Below, piece after piece: positions 56,401 to 63,319 of a DNA stretch of 64,000 nt. The notes below the pieces were generated by a model. That model saw nothing but the letters and a program-made list of their open reading frames with translations. It made no database searches and was not told the DNA's origin. How positions within the stretch are numbered: position 1 is the stretch's first letter; each line of letters opens with the position of its first letter. The stretch lies in assembly GCA_019694165.1 (NCBI GenBank), contig JAIBCL010000031.1, positions 7,708 to 71,707 of the forward strand. The letters are read 5' to 3'. The translations under genes and the position numbers were made by a program. The DNA is from Verrucomicrobiaceae bacterium (GTDB taxonomy: Bacteria; Verrucomicrobiota; Verrucomicrobiia; Verrucomicrobiales; Verrucomicrobiaceae).

Positions 56401-59400
56401 ATCACCGCCACGCTGGCGGGATCGGTGCCTGGAACCGGAACCGTGCAGGTGATCGACAATGAGAACACGAACCTCACGTTTTCCTCCGGCTACAGCAGCG
56501 TGAGCGAGGGCGCCGCGCCGCTGACGAGCGGCGGCTATGTGTACCTTTCTGGCACCGTAACCAGCGCGCTGACCATCAGCCTGGCCTCCAGCGACACGAC
56601 GGAGCTGACCTTGCCCGCCACGATCACCATTCCCGCCGGCAGTTCGCAGAGCAGCTACTTCGCGTTTACGCCGGTCAATGACACGCTGCAGGACGGCTCG
56701 CAGACCGTCACGCTGACGGCGTCCGCGTCTGGATTCACCAGTTCGAGCAGAACGATCACGGTGCTCGATGATGACGTGCATCATTTCACCGTCTCCACGG
56801 TGGCCAGCCCGCAGGTGAAGAACGGGCCGTTCAACGTCACCTTCACGGCGAAGGACATCAACAATGTCACCATCTCCGCCTATGCCGGCACGCCGACGCT
56901 CACCGCCGCCGATGGCGTGACGCCGCTGACCGTCACGCCCGCGAGCCTCACGGGGTTCAGCAGCGGTGCAAAGACCCAGAGCGTCATGGTCGGCGCGTTC
57001 GCCACCAGCGCGGTCTTGACGCTGACCGATGCCGTCACCGGCGGCAGCGGCAGCAGTACTGCCTTCGCCGTCGGCGCGGGCAGCTTGCATCATTTCGCCT
57101 GGGACACGGTCGCGTCGCCGCAGATGCTGAACGCCGCCTTCGGAGCCACCCTGTTTGCCAGGGATGTTTATGAAAACACCATCTCGAATTTCAGCGGCAC
57201 CGCTGGCCTGAGTGCTGCCAGCGCTTACTCCCTGACGACGGCGGGCACCGGCACCTTCACGGACTGGTATCCCTTTGGCGGTTACTACCCGCAAAACCGC
57301 TGCCAGATGATCTACACGCCTGCGGAAGTGGGCGGCACGGCGCGGAAACTGCAGGCGCTGGCCTTCGACATGACGACGCCAAACACCTCGTATCCCGCCG
57401 TGACGCTGTCCAACTTCACCATCCGCCTGAAGCACACCACCAAGACCGATTACAGCACCTCCGCCGTGTGGGAGACCGCCGACTGGACGACGGTGTATCA
57501 AGGCACGGTGAACATGAACCAGACCGGCTGGCGGCAGATCAATTTCACCACGCCCTTCGACTACAATGGCGCGGACCGCCTGATGGTGGACATCAGCAGC
57601 AGCAACTCGGGCTTCATGAACCGCATCGAAGCGCGGTCCGCCAATGTTTCTCCTTACCGGGTTCTTTACAGCTTCACCAGCAGCGCGACGCCGCCGACGC
57701 AGTGGACGGGAACCGCGAACGCTTATGCCTATCTGCCAAACCTTCGGCTCGTCTCGTTTCAAAACGTGCCGATGATTCCGGCGCAGGCCACGGTGTTTTC
57801 TGCGGGGGCTTGGAACGGGCAGGTCACGCTTCAGGCTGCGGCCAGCGGCGTGAGGCTGCTGGCTTCCAATGCGGCCAATGGTGTCGTGACCAATTCGAAT
57901 CCTTTTGATGTCAGCTACTTCGGCGACCTGAGCGTCACGCTGCCGGCCACGGTGGTGGAAACCGCAGGCAGCATCAGCGGCACGGTCAGCGTCTCCGTCG
58001 CTCCTTCGTCCGATCTGACCGTGAGCCTCGCGTCGAGCGATGCCACCGAACTGCTGCCCGCCGCGGCATCGGTCGTCATTCCGGCGGGCCAAACGTCGGC
58101 GCCCTTCACGGTCACGGTGCTCGATGATGCGGATCTTGATGGCGACCAGTCCGTGCAGATCACGGCGGCGGCGGCCGGTTATCAGACCGGATCGGCATCC
58201 GTCGCCGTCAAGGATGATGAAACCACGGTGATCACGCTCGCCGCGCCGGCAGCGATCAATGAAAACCAGGGCACGCTGGCAAACGCCGGGACCATCACGC
58301 TGGGCACCGTGGTCACTGCGCCGGTGACCGTCCTGCTTGCATCGTCGGACACAACGGAACTGACGGTGCCGGCCTCGGTGGTGATTCCGGCGGGAGCGTC
58401 GGCCGTCTCCTTCAGCATCACGGCCGTGAACGACACGATCATCGATCTCGACCAAGCCGTCACTCTGACCGCCAGCGTGGCCGGGTGGACGGCTGGCGCG
58501 GCCCTGGTCACAGTGACGGATGATGAACCGAGGAATTTGTCATTCGCCTTCACGCAGAGCGCCACCGAGGGCGATGCGGTGCTGGCCGCCACCGTCTCGG
58601 CTGGCAAGGTGATGGGCTATGATCTGACGGTGAGCCTTGCCTCCAGCAAGACTGGCGAGGCGACGGTGCCCGCCACCGTCGTCATCCCCGCCGGCCAGCA
58701 AACTGCTTCATTCTACATCGCGATCGTGGATGACGCGCTGGCTGACGGCGCGCAGACCACGTCGATCACAGCCACGGCACCGGCCTTCTCTGCCGGCTCC
58801 CGCAGTCTGACGGTGCGGGACAACGAGCCGCATCATCTGGACATCAGCGCCATTTCCGGCCCGCGGACGAGAAACGCGGCTATTCCGGTGACCATCAGCC
58901 TGATGACGATTGATGGCACACTCGTCGCGAACTTTGCCGGCACCGCCGCTCTCGTCATCAACAGCACCGGCGGCCCGCTGGGAATGTCGCCCGCCATCAC
59001 GGGCGCTTTCGTGGGAGGAGTGTGGTCGGGTGATGTCACCGCCACGGACGCGGGCACGGGCGCGGTGCTCACCGCCGCCATCGCGGGCGGCGTCGCCGGG
59101 AGCAGCAACAGCTTCGACGTTCTCGCCCACGGCGCGCTCGCCGGACTAGAGTGGTCGCCGATCTCGCCTACGCAATACCCGAACGTGCCGGTGCCCGTGA
59201 CGATCACCGCCAGGGATGCCGCGGGCAATGTCGTGACGGATTTCGACCAGACGGTGACTCTCACGGCGCCCCTCGGCGCTTCAGGCACTCGAAACGTCGG
59301 CTCGGGCACGACAACCGACGCAGCCCCCATCCACACAGGTTTCCATGATTGCCGCGCTCAGGAAATCTATCTGCCCGGCGAAGTCGGTGGCGCCGGGCGC

Positions 59401-62400
59401 TTCACGTCGCTGGCATTGAACATGACCACTGCCCCGCCGCCGGTGAACCTGACCAACTGGACCATCCGCATGAAGCACACGAGCCGCACGCAGTTCGGTC
59501 CGGCGGCGTCGGACTACATCTGGGAGACGGACGGCTGGACCACGGTCTATTCCAACAGCGTGGCGCTCAGCGGCTTCGCGGGCTGGATCAAGTTCGATTT
59601 CTCCACGCCGTTTGACTACAACGGCACTGACAACCTCCTGATCGATTTCAGTTTCGACAACTCGAGCAAATTCTCGCCCACGACATTCACCTACGTCGCC
59701 GCGACGACGAGAACCGCGGGCCGGCGGATCAGCTACTATTCCGACAGCGGTCACGGTGCGCCGCTCAGTTGGTCGGGTGCCAGTCCCGTCGCGTTCGCCG
59801 ACAGCCGCGTGGCCGATCTGCGGCTCGAGAGCAGCCTCGTGGTGTCCATGACGCCGGCCGTGTCGGGCCAGTTCGTGAACGGCGTCTGGAGTGGCTCACT
59901 CACATTTCCGAGCACGGCCGCCGCCGTGACAGTGATCGCCGCGCACCAGGCTTCGGGTCTGACCGGCGCGTCCAGCACGTTCGATGTCATCGCGCCTCCG
60001 CCCGCGCGGCTGGCCTTCACCGCGCTGCCCGCGCGCGCCGCGGCTGGCGAGCCTTTCGCCGTCACCATCACGGCGCTTGATGCGGCGGGAAATGTCACGC
60101 CCGGTCACACGGCCGCGGCCGCACTCAGCCTGGTGAATCCCGAGAACGTCACGACGACGATCGGCGCGGGACTCTATCCGGGAACCGTGCCGCTCTATGC
60201 GGCGCAGACGGACTGCCGGTCGCAGATCGTTTACAAGCAGCAGGAGCTCGGCGCGGCGCGCCGTCTCACGGGGCTGGCGCTGAACATCGCCACTACGTCC
60301 GCCTTTGTTTACAACAACTTCACTCTCCGGTTGAAGCACACCGGCCGCGCGCACTTCAACACCGCGCCGAGCTGGGAAGGCGCGGGCTGGACCGTCGTCT
60401 GGCAGGGCGCGAAGACCTTTGACACGGCGGGCTGGATCCCCTTCACCTTCTCCACGCCGTTCGATTACAACGGCACGGACAACCTGATGCTCGACGTGAG
60501 CTTCGACAACACGAGCAGCGGCACGAGCGCCTGGCTGCGCAAAGATCCCACCGGCTACGATGTCGGCATGATCTATTACTACTCGCCGTCCGCGGGCGAT
60601 CCGCTGTCGTGGAGCGGCAATTCGGTTTCCACCTTCGGCGCGGTCGAGCGGCCGCAGCTCCGCTTGTTCAGCGATCCGGGCATCACGGTCTCGCCGGCCT
60701 CGACGGGCGCTTTTGTGAATGGCGTGTGGTCGGGCAATCTCACGGTGGTCGGCATGCATCCGGCCGTGGTGCTCAAAGCCGTGGCCGCCGGAGTTTCCGG
60801 CTTGTCCGATCCCATCATGGTCGGATACCCGGCGCCGTCGATGCTGGCGGAGCCAGCCTTCACCGGCGGCGTGACCAATCAGCTCGCCTGGAACCTGCTG
60901 GCCGGTCCGGCGGCGTACACGCTCCAGCGCGACACGGTGCCGTCGTTCACCAATCCCGCGAGCATGACAGGAGTCACCATCGGGTCGGCCACCTTCAGCG
61001 CGTTGCAGGACACGGTGCGTTACTACTACCGCGTGTGTGGTGACTCCGCCTCGCCGCAGCCCGCCGGCTTGAACCAATGGAGCCAGACTTCTTATGCCGA
61101 TTTCGTCGCCTGCACGCACTCGGGCACTTCGGCGGCAGTCTCGCTGCACGACGTAGCCCTCGCCGCCGCATCAACCAGCACCGCCACCTCGACGGAGAAT
61201 TTCGACGGCGGCGGAACGGCCTGGGCCGGAACGATCTTCTCGCAGGCGGGCGGCACGGCGACGATGGATCTTCAGGACATGACCACCGGCCCCGCCGCGA
61301 CGCCGTCGCTGCCGGTGAATACCGGTGGCGACTTCGAAGGCAGGATCGGCAATGCATCGGGCTTCGGCTCCGGCTATGCCCTCCTGCCATCCAGCAACTT
61401 CGCCGACGGCTCCATCGAAGGCTATCTCGCGCCCGAAAACGCGGCTGCCGGGGCTGGCGGGATGGGAGCCTTCATGCTCAGGGCGAGTCCCTCCGCAACC
61501 GGCGGTCTGCAAGGCTACGCTGGCTACGCATCCTTTGGCACCTCGACGGCCTACTTTGGCATCTACGTCGTGGTCAATGGCACAACCAGCACCCTGGGCG
61601 CCGCCGGTTTCTCCACCGCGCTGACGACCGCCGACAATCTCAAGCTCCGCCTGTCTGCGCAAGGCAGCACGCTGACCCTCCAGGCATGGAAGGTGGCCGT
61701 ATCCGGCGGCGTGGTCACGGAAACGCCGCTCGTGCTCGAATCGGGTTCCACCTCGCTCGTGCGGACCGACACGACCTTCGCCTCCGGCAGCGCCGGCGTG
61801 TTCGCCAATGGCACGGCCGTCCGCTGCTATTTCGATGACATCACCGTCACGAGAAATGCGCCAGTGTTCGTGACGTCCGGCGCAGCGAACTCGCCGCTAA
61901 TTGCCCCGCCCTATTTCAAGACCTGGGGCGCCCTCAATTTCACCGGTGACACGAGCGGGTCGGGCACCACGCTCTCGATCGACGTGCTCAATGCGGCGGG
62001 CGGCCTGCTCGCCGCCAACGTCGCCACGGGCACGGATTTGAATGCGCTCCCCGCTGTGGCGCCGCAGCCGGCCATCAAGCTCCGGGCCAATCTGGCCACC
62101 TCCAACAGCGCGAACTCGCCCCGCCTCCGTGACTGGAGCGTGGGCTACGTTCTGAATCCGCCGGCCACGATCTCCAGCGTGTGGTCGAATGTCGTCTCAT
62201 CCACCCAGGACGCCACGCCGCCCGTCATCTCTGCTCCCGATTTGCACACCTCCGCGGGCACCGCCAGCCTCGGTGGCACCGCGCTCGATGCCGTGAGCGG
62301 CGTCGCCGGCGTCACCGTCGCGGGCAATGCTGCCGCCACATCCGACAGCTTCGCAAATTGGAACTCTCCCGTCACCGGCCTCGTCAATGGCGCAAACTCC

Positions 62401-62838
62401 ATCACCGTCACCGCCGCCGACAATGCCGTGCCGCCCAACACCGCCACCGTGACGGCGCTCGTCTTCCGCATCAGCGCGCCATCCGCCGACGCCGATGGCA
62501 ATGGCATCTCCGATCTGCTGCAGCACGCGCTGGCCATTCCGGCGGCCGACCCCGACCCGCTCTCCATGCTGCCGGCCGTCGGCGTGCAGACCGACGGCGG
62601 CACCGGCAAGAAATTCCTCACGCTCGACTATCGCCGTCGCATCCAGCGCGGCGGGCTGACCTACACCGTCGAAACGAGCGGCGATCTGAAGACCTGGACA
62701 GCCGCAGGCGGCGATGCCGTCGAGCAATCCGTCACGCCAGCCGGTGATGGCGTCACGGAAAACGTCCGCGTCCGCATCACGCCCGCGCTCGACCTCGCCA
62801 GTGCGAAGTTCGTTCGCCTCAGCGTGACGGTGCAGTGA
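47449..62838 (+). CDS. Giant (~5130 aa) secreted/surface protein. Signal peptide, FTP/PepSY-like propeptide, M36 fungalysin-type zinc metallopeptidase, then arrays of Calx-beta-like domains, Ig-like and ASH/choice-of-anchor-D-like domains, and five copies of an uncharacterised ~280-aa module.
   Basis: HEYTHG (HExxH, 49015-49029) followed by EGWSDFY (49096) and GEVWC, the diagnostic fungalysin M36 pattern. Calx-beta-like repeats such as LTVSPAQAAALTVNLAASRADVMVPASVVVPAGATQATFPVTIVDDALLDGSQAVTITA...TLTVDDNE. ASH-like domain LTITNNGLGAMIWSAAGSQSWLTCTPASGSVAQGQSATVTVSF. Start placed at MKTRPSPCFSVWMPLMMALAVLLLVIWS (ATG at 47449; the track ORF begins at 47407). Confidence 0.85.
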   Translation: MKTRPSPCFSVWMPLMMALAVLLLVIWSMRPSDETRPTAAETGAPPVAQAGTGGGRTIIQRARKRMAAVDLREAGDGGQSGARREQALEALRREIPGVQVEFDAITGAPKHIMAAGRFLAAAGTGAADPHAPVRAFVERHAALFGHDAAELARGRARVTREDVAAHNGMRTVVWQQEVAGLPVFETILKANVTKDGDLITLGSHFMADAPKAAEKQARLVSSPPLNAPHALAAAAASLGGALDLAQVTSRSAQQGAEQAQKLEAPGFTDTTAHLAWVPMDESTLRLAWQIETFSLQQNEMFRLLVDAEDGRILVRQSLTTDISNATYRVYAKPAFQPYDSPTPFSPGHLTPSSAQPAEVSRNAVTLDAVNTTASPNGWIDDGGTQTLGNNVDAHTDTNADNVADLPRPTSATRNFDFALDLTQAPSTYRDAAVTNLFYLCNFIHDQYYSLGFTESAGNFQTNNFGRGGNGNDAVQADAQDGSGTNNANFSTPSDGSPGRMQMYVFTGPTPDRDGDLDHEIVIHEYTHGLSNRLVGGGVGMSQNQSQGMGEGWSDFYGLCLLSEAGDDPNGNYAAGGYATKDFSGLTQNYYFGIRRYPYSTDLLKNPLTFKDIDPAQASTHAGIARSTIIGSTANEVHNEGEVWCVTLWDMRANLVAKHGWAAGNQLALQITTDAMKLCPANPNMLQSRDAIVQADLVSNAGANRNEIWAAFAKRGMGASATSPASSTTSGLVEAFDVPDNLGVSPAGALAATGLIGGPFTPASRVFTLQNSGAASVNWTASVNQPWLSLTGAAGALAAGASTTVTASFNAAANALVAGSYAATVTFTNTTSGAVITRGVSLTVEPQRITIFSEPFDAATLGAAWTVTGTSTYRTQVTALNGPRASNHLTMDSSVDASYARNEATLTVNLAGRSDVVLSFWAKSFNDEANGPPSSPFTNGADFDGVAVSADGGTTWWEVQPLRSLTSTWTKYTVDLDAAIAARGLSYGANFKIRFNQYDNYTISTDGIAIDDILVAQTLNNNLALALPASVVTEGASDMTATLTVSPAQAAALTVNLAASRADVMVPASVVVPAGATQATFPVTIVDDALLDGSQAVTITATAPTFSNGSATLTVDDNETAVLALDAPLNGNEGSSPIAATVSVGAAVDVDVVVRLDTSNPQASIPPSVTIPAGQSSAEFYITLVNDGLINGTRSATITASVTGWTAGTDTISILDDETATVALVLNDTTSEGLTGTPQIGTLTLGGTAVTPVEVTLISSDTSELTVPATITIAAGQSSAALLATVIDDADLDGSQTVTVSAAAFGNAAVTDTIDVRDNDAASFVIGAVASPQREMQAFPLTITARDVNGALVPSVAGPWTLSAAGDGGAAVLNAPTAAFVNGVWQQNVSIAAPDTNVRITVTGPNATAQSNAFDVTIGPRIGVAPAAFTLDIPRQSSKTRALTITNNGLGAMIWSAAGSQSWLTCTPASGSVAQGQSATVTVSFNAATLAEGTAAAQLNVTSNDPITPAVAVPVTLNVTAPVASFVWDTVPSPQRVNAPFPVTVTAKDASGATVTNFEGTASLSVLDVNGGTEVVTTTGTGSNQGGGPVTAGFNVLRQQFIFTPAEAGPAGLIQRIRFHVLTAFSSGLANYTIRLKHTNLTTNSTWQPSGWTVCYAQSTGPVSSPWHEFVLTTPFAYDGTSNLMVDVSYATAIMPVTGSYSNGTYASTNRALYSMINMPGSDPLTWSGTEGNASSQTWLPNFQFVTLVGGSNAAAVLPTLTGAFSLGVWSGQVRLDRATPDVKLIALMSAPSTGSGLTNSFAVTADGTLGITLASQVSEGAGTLGGTVTITPAPSADVEVTLSSSVASAAVPAATTVTVPAGSTSAPFTLNIIDDTALDGPQTTQIGAVGAGYVAVSTPLVVADDEGAVLAINLAQSSYAEGAGVISGTITSDTAPTVPVTIALTSSDTTEATVPVSVTLAAGATSAAFSVTIVDDTLVDGDQNLVLTAAVAGWASGTKNLTVTDNEARTLTFTGVPASISEGAATLATPAVALTGQAVAPVVVTLTSSDVTALPSISVTIPAGASSAVFDLDPVDDTLFDGTQNVTLTASAATFSDATANVAVLDDDVHHFALSAVPSPQKEGAGFAFTATAKDINDATITAPVGGPVNLSAAGDGGAASVLPAVLAPFTAGVWTGQVRVMAPDTNVRLTVTSPTASNQSNAFDVGIGPRLGVNPTSYAVSVAQNTTKTRSLTLNNTGAEPLNWSATTTGDIDPPLATALAGLNARHAEITALIPNRFDFTEGVTGTYISSGGGTHMYHSGNYLSTSLAPSTFINYSDNTIAAAAATFGAGGQYFTRKVPGLFVLAADMSGVSSFTISGNTGNHTGLVEGSVLTATRGAKTYKGFVKRARGDVSYGAESINHLIIIESDAAASHSWSATVDSDNHVLTGIGARTRLYYLLYSSVSGGNINDTITQTIFDKFLDVIGAGSWMTVTPSSGTVAAGGSQNVSVAFNAGSLNTGVYNGGISITSNDALTSPLTIPATMTVTPGIHHFEWDTIPSPQVVNAPVAATVRARDAVNALVTDFDGMAALTALNTGAAGEATTGAGTSSTYLIHDTSYQVHRTQCIYTPAEAGPAARLSGLAFDVATLGSPAASNFTIRLKHTVRANYSTDASWEASGWTTVFTGSKTLAAGLNYFTFSTPFDYNGTSNLMVDISFVNTTYSGSSYVRYTTATSSRTIYGGAYSGDPLAWSGAGSSSTALPNLRLVRSGVPASVSPVATGAFVNGAWTGDIRLGTAGAVVVTASAGAATGASNVLTTTSSSTLSLSIPANVTEGQGTLLNAGTVTAASAPASPLTISLESLDTSEITLPATVTLPAGQASVAFDVTVVDDPLLDGPITVQMRALAVGYPTVTATTTVADNDTTTVTLTLPASMTEGTTSTAGQASVQLGAPAAEPLTVALASSLTSRLTVPASVTIPAGQSSAAFTLTAPNNTIIDGTQTATITATLAGSVPGTGTVQVIDNENTNLTFSSGYSSVSEGAAPLTSGGYVYLSGTVTSALTISLASSDTTELTLPATITIPAGSSQSSYFAFTPVNDTLQDGSQTVTLTASASGFTSSSRTITVLDDDVHHFTVSTVASPQVKNGPFNVTFTAKDINNVTISAYAGTPTLTAADGVTPLTVTPASLTGFSSGAKTQSVMVGAFATSAVLTLTDAVTGGSGSSTAFAVGAGSLHHFAWDTVASPQMLNAAFGATLFARDVYENTISNFSGTAGLSAASAYSLTTAGTGTFTDWYPFGGYYPQNRCQMIYTPAEVGGTARKLQALAFDMTTPNTSYPAVTLSNFTIRLKHTTKTDYSTSAVWETADWTTVYQGTVNMNQTGWRQINFTTPFDYNGADRLMVDISSSNSGFMNRIEARSANVSPYRVLYSFTSSATPPTQWTGTANAYAYLPNLRLVSFQNVPMIPAQATVFSAGAWNGQVTLQAAASGVRLLASNAANGVVTNSNPFDVSYFGDLSVTLPATVVETAGSISGTVSVSVAPSSDLTVSLASSDATELLPAAASVVIPAGQTSAPFTVTVLDDADLDGDQSVQITAAAAGYQTGSASVAVKDDETTVITLAAPAAINENQGTLANAGTITLGTVVTAPVTVLLASSDTTELTVPASVVIPAGASAVSFSITAVNDTIIDLDQAVTLTASVAGWTAGAALVTVTDDEPRNLSFAFTQSATEGDAVLAATVSAGKVMGYDLTVSLASSKTGEATVPATVVIPAGQQTASFYIAIVDDALADGAQTTSITATAPAFSAGSRSLTVRDNEPHHLDISAISGPRTRNAAIPVTISLMTIDGTLVANFAGTAALVINSTGGPLGMSPAITGAFVGGVWSGDVTATDAGTGAVLTAAIAGGVAGSSNSFDVLAHGALAGLEWSPISPTQYPNVPVPVTITARDAAGNVVTDFDQTVTLTAPLGASGTRNVGSGTTTDAAPIHTGFHDCRAQEIYLPGEVGGAGRFTSLALNMTTAPPPVNLTNWTIRMKHTSRTQFGPAASDYIWETDGWTTVYSNSVALSGFAGWIKFDFSTPFDYNGTDNLLIDFSFDNSSKFSPTTFTYVAATTRTAGRRISYYSDSGHGAPLSWSGASPVAFADSRVADLRLESSLVVSMTPAVSGQFVNGVWSGSLTFPSTAAAVTVIAAHQASGLTGASSTFDVIAPPPARLAFTALPARAAAGEPFAVTITALDAAGNVTPGHTAAAALSLVNPENVTTTIGAGLYPGTVPLYAAQTDCRSQIVYKQQELGAARRLTGLALNIATTSAFVYNNFTLRLKHTGRAHFNTAPSWEGAGWTVVWQGAKTFDTAGWIPFTFSTPFDYNGTDNLMLDVSFDNTSSGTSAWLRKDPTGYDVGMIYYYSPSAGDPLSWSGNSVSTFGAVERPQLRLFSDPGITVSPASTGAFVNGVWSGNLTVVGMHPAVVLKAVAAGVSGLSDPIMVGYPAPSMLAEPAFTGGVTNQLAWNLLAGPAAYTLQRDTVPSFTNPASMTGVTIGSATFSALQDTVRYYYRVCGDSASPQPAGLNQWSQTSYADFVACTHSGTSAAVSLHDVALAAASTSTATSTENFDGGGTAWAGTIFSQAGGTATMDLQDMTTGPAATPSLPVNTGGDFEGRIGNASGFGSGYALLPSSNFADGSIEGYLAPENAAAGAGGMGAFMLRASPSATGGLQGYAGYASFGTSTAYFGIYVVVNGTTSTLGAAGFSTALTTADNLKLRLSAQGSTLTLQAWKVAVSGGVVTETPLVLESGSTSLVRTDTTFASGSAGVFANGTAVRCYFDDITVTRNAPVFVTSGAANSPLIAPPYFKTWGALNFTGDTSGSGTTLSIDVLNAAGGLLAANVATGTDLNALPAVAPQPAIKLRANLATSNSANSPRLRDWSVGYVLNPPATISSVWSNVVSSTQDATPPVISAPDLHTSAGTASLGGTALDAVSGVAGVTVAGNAAATSDSFANWNSPVTGLVNGANSITVTAADNAVPPNTATVTALVFRISAPSADADGNGISDLLQHALAIPAADPDPLSMLPAVGVQTDGGTGKKFLTLDYRRRIQRGGLTYTVETSGDLKTWTAAGGDAVEQSVTPAGDGVTENVRVRITPALDLASAKFVRLSVTVQ
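52015..52860 (+). repeat. Copy 1 of the uncharacterised ~280-aa module (WDT-x-x-SPQ ... C-x-x-I/F-x-TPAEAG ... IRLKHT ... GWT-x-x ... F-x-TPF-x-YDGTSNLMVDVS)
   Basis: FVWDTVPSPQRVNAPFPVTVTAKDASGATV ... QQFIFTPAEAGPAGLIQRIRFHVLTAFSSGLANYTIRLKHTNLTTNSTWQPSGWTVCYAQ ... FAYDGTSNLMVDVSYA. Confidence 0.6.
55040..55860 (+). repeat. Copy 2 of the ~280-aa module
   Basis: HHFEWDTIPSPQVVNAPVAATVRARDAVNALV ... TQCIYTPAEAGPAARLSGLAFDVATLGSPAASNFTIRLKHTVRANYSTDASWEASGWTTVFTG ... FDYNGTSNLMVDISFVN. Confidence 0.6.
57090..57900 (+). repeat. Copy 3 of the ~280-aa module
   Basis: HHFAWDTVASPQMLNAAFGATLFARDVYENTI ... NRCQMIYTPAEVGGTARKLQALAFDMTTPNTSYPAVTLSNFTIRLKHTTKTDYSTSAVWETADWTTVYQG ... FDYNGADRLMVDISSSN. 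Confidence 0.6.
59150..59990 (+). repeat. Copy 4 of the ~280-aa module
   Basis: LEWSPISPTQYPNVPVPVTITARDAAGNVV ... HDCRAQEIYLPGEVGGAGRFTSLALNMTTAPPPVNLTNWTIRMKHTSRTQFGPAASDYIWETDGWTTVYSN ... FDYNGTDNLLIDFSFDN. Confidence 0.6.
60010..60830 (+). repeat. Copy 5 of the ~280-aa module, directly abutting copy 4
   Basis: LAFTALPARAAAGEPFAVTITALDAAGNV ... TDCRSQIVYKQQELGAARRLTGLALNIATTSAFVYNNFTLRLKHTGRAHFNTAPSWEGAGWTVVWQG ... FDYNGTDNLMLDVSFDN. Confidence 0.6.
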
Positions 62839-62982
62839 CAGGAGCAGCCAGCTTGTTTCTTGGGCGGACGCACGCGGTATGATCTTCGAGACCGATGCCA
62901 TCCTCTGGCCGCTCTTATCCGATGGATGCGCCGTGCCTACGCCGTCATTTGAGTGCTTCAGGCACAAAGAAGCTGCGGGCGT

Positions 62983-63315
62983 TCAAGGCATTCCTTTTTG
63001 AAGCCATCTATCATACTGAATCAACCGATTGCTAGATTCGAGATAGCACAACAAACCAATGCCTCCGAACCCGGTGATACACGCAAATATCGCAGCCGCA
63101 CGGCATCCCGGCACCAGTAGGAGCGTTCCTCCAACAAAGGCTGCGGGAATAAAGGCAGCGAGGAGCAGCCAAGGCTCGAATCCCGTGTGATGTGAGTCGT
63201 TTTGGAAGGTGTAAACAGCCAACCCGACCAAAACTGTTCCCGCACCGAGCGCGACGATCCATCCGACGTCACGACATGCAGTTTTCCAGAAGCTCAATGG
63301 CTGGTTGCGGTCCAT
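62983..63315 (-). CDS. Small 3-TM membrane protein (110 aa); its start codon lies 4 nt after the stop of the upstream PIG-L gene
   Basis: Hydrophobic helices WIVALGAGTVLVGLAVYTF, WLLLAAFIPAAFVGGTLLLV and AAAIFACITGFGGIGLLCYL. The tight spacing suggests translational coupling. Confidence 0.45.
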   Translation of the reverse strand: MDRNQPLSFWKTACRDVGWIVALGAGTVLVGLAVYTFQNDSHHTGFEPWLLLAAFIPAAFVGGTLLLVPGCRAAAIFACITGFGGIGLLCYLESSNRLIQYDRWLQKGMP

Positions 63316-63319
63316 CGCT

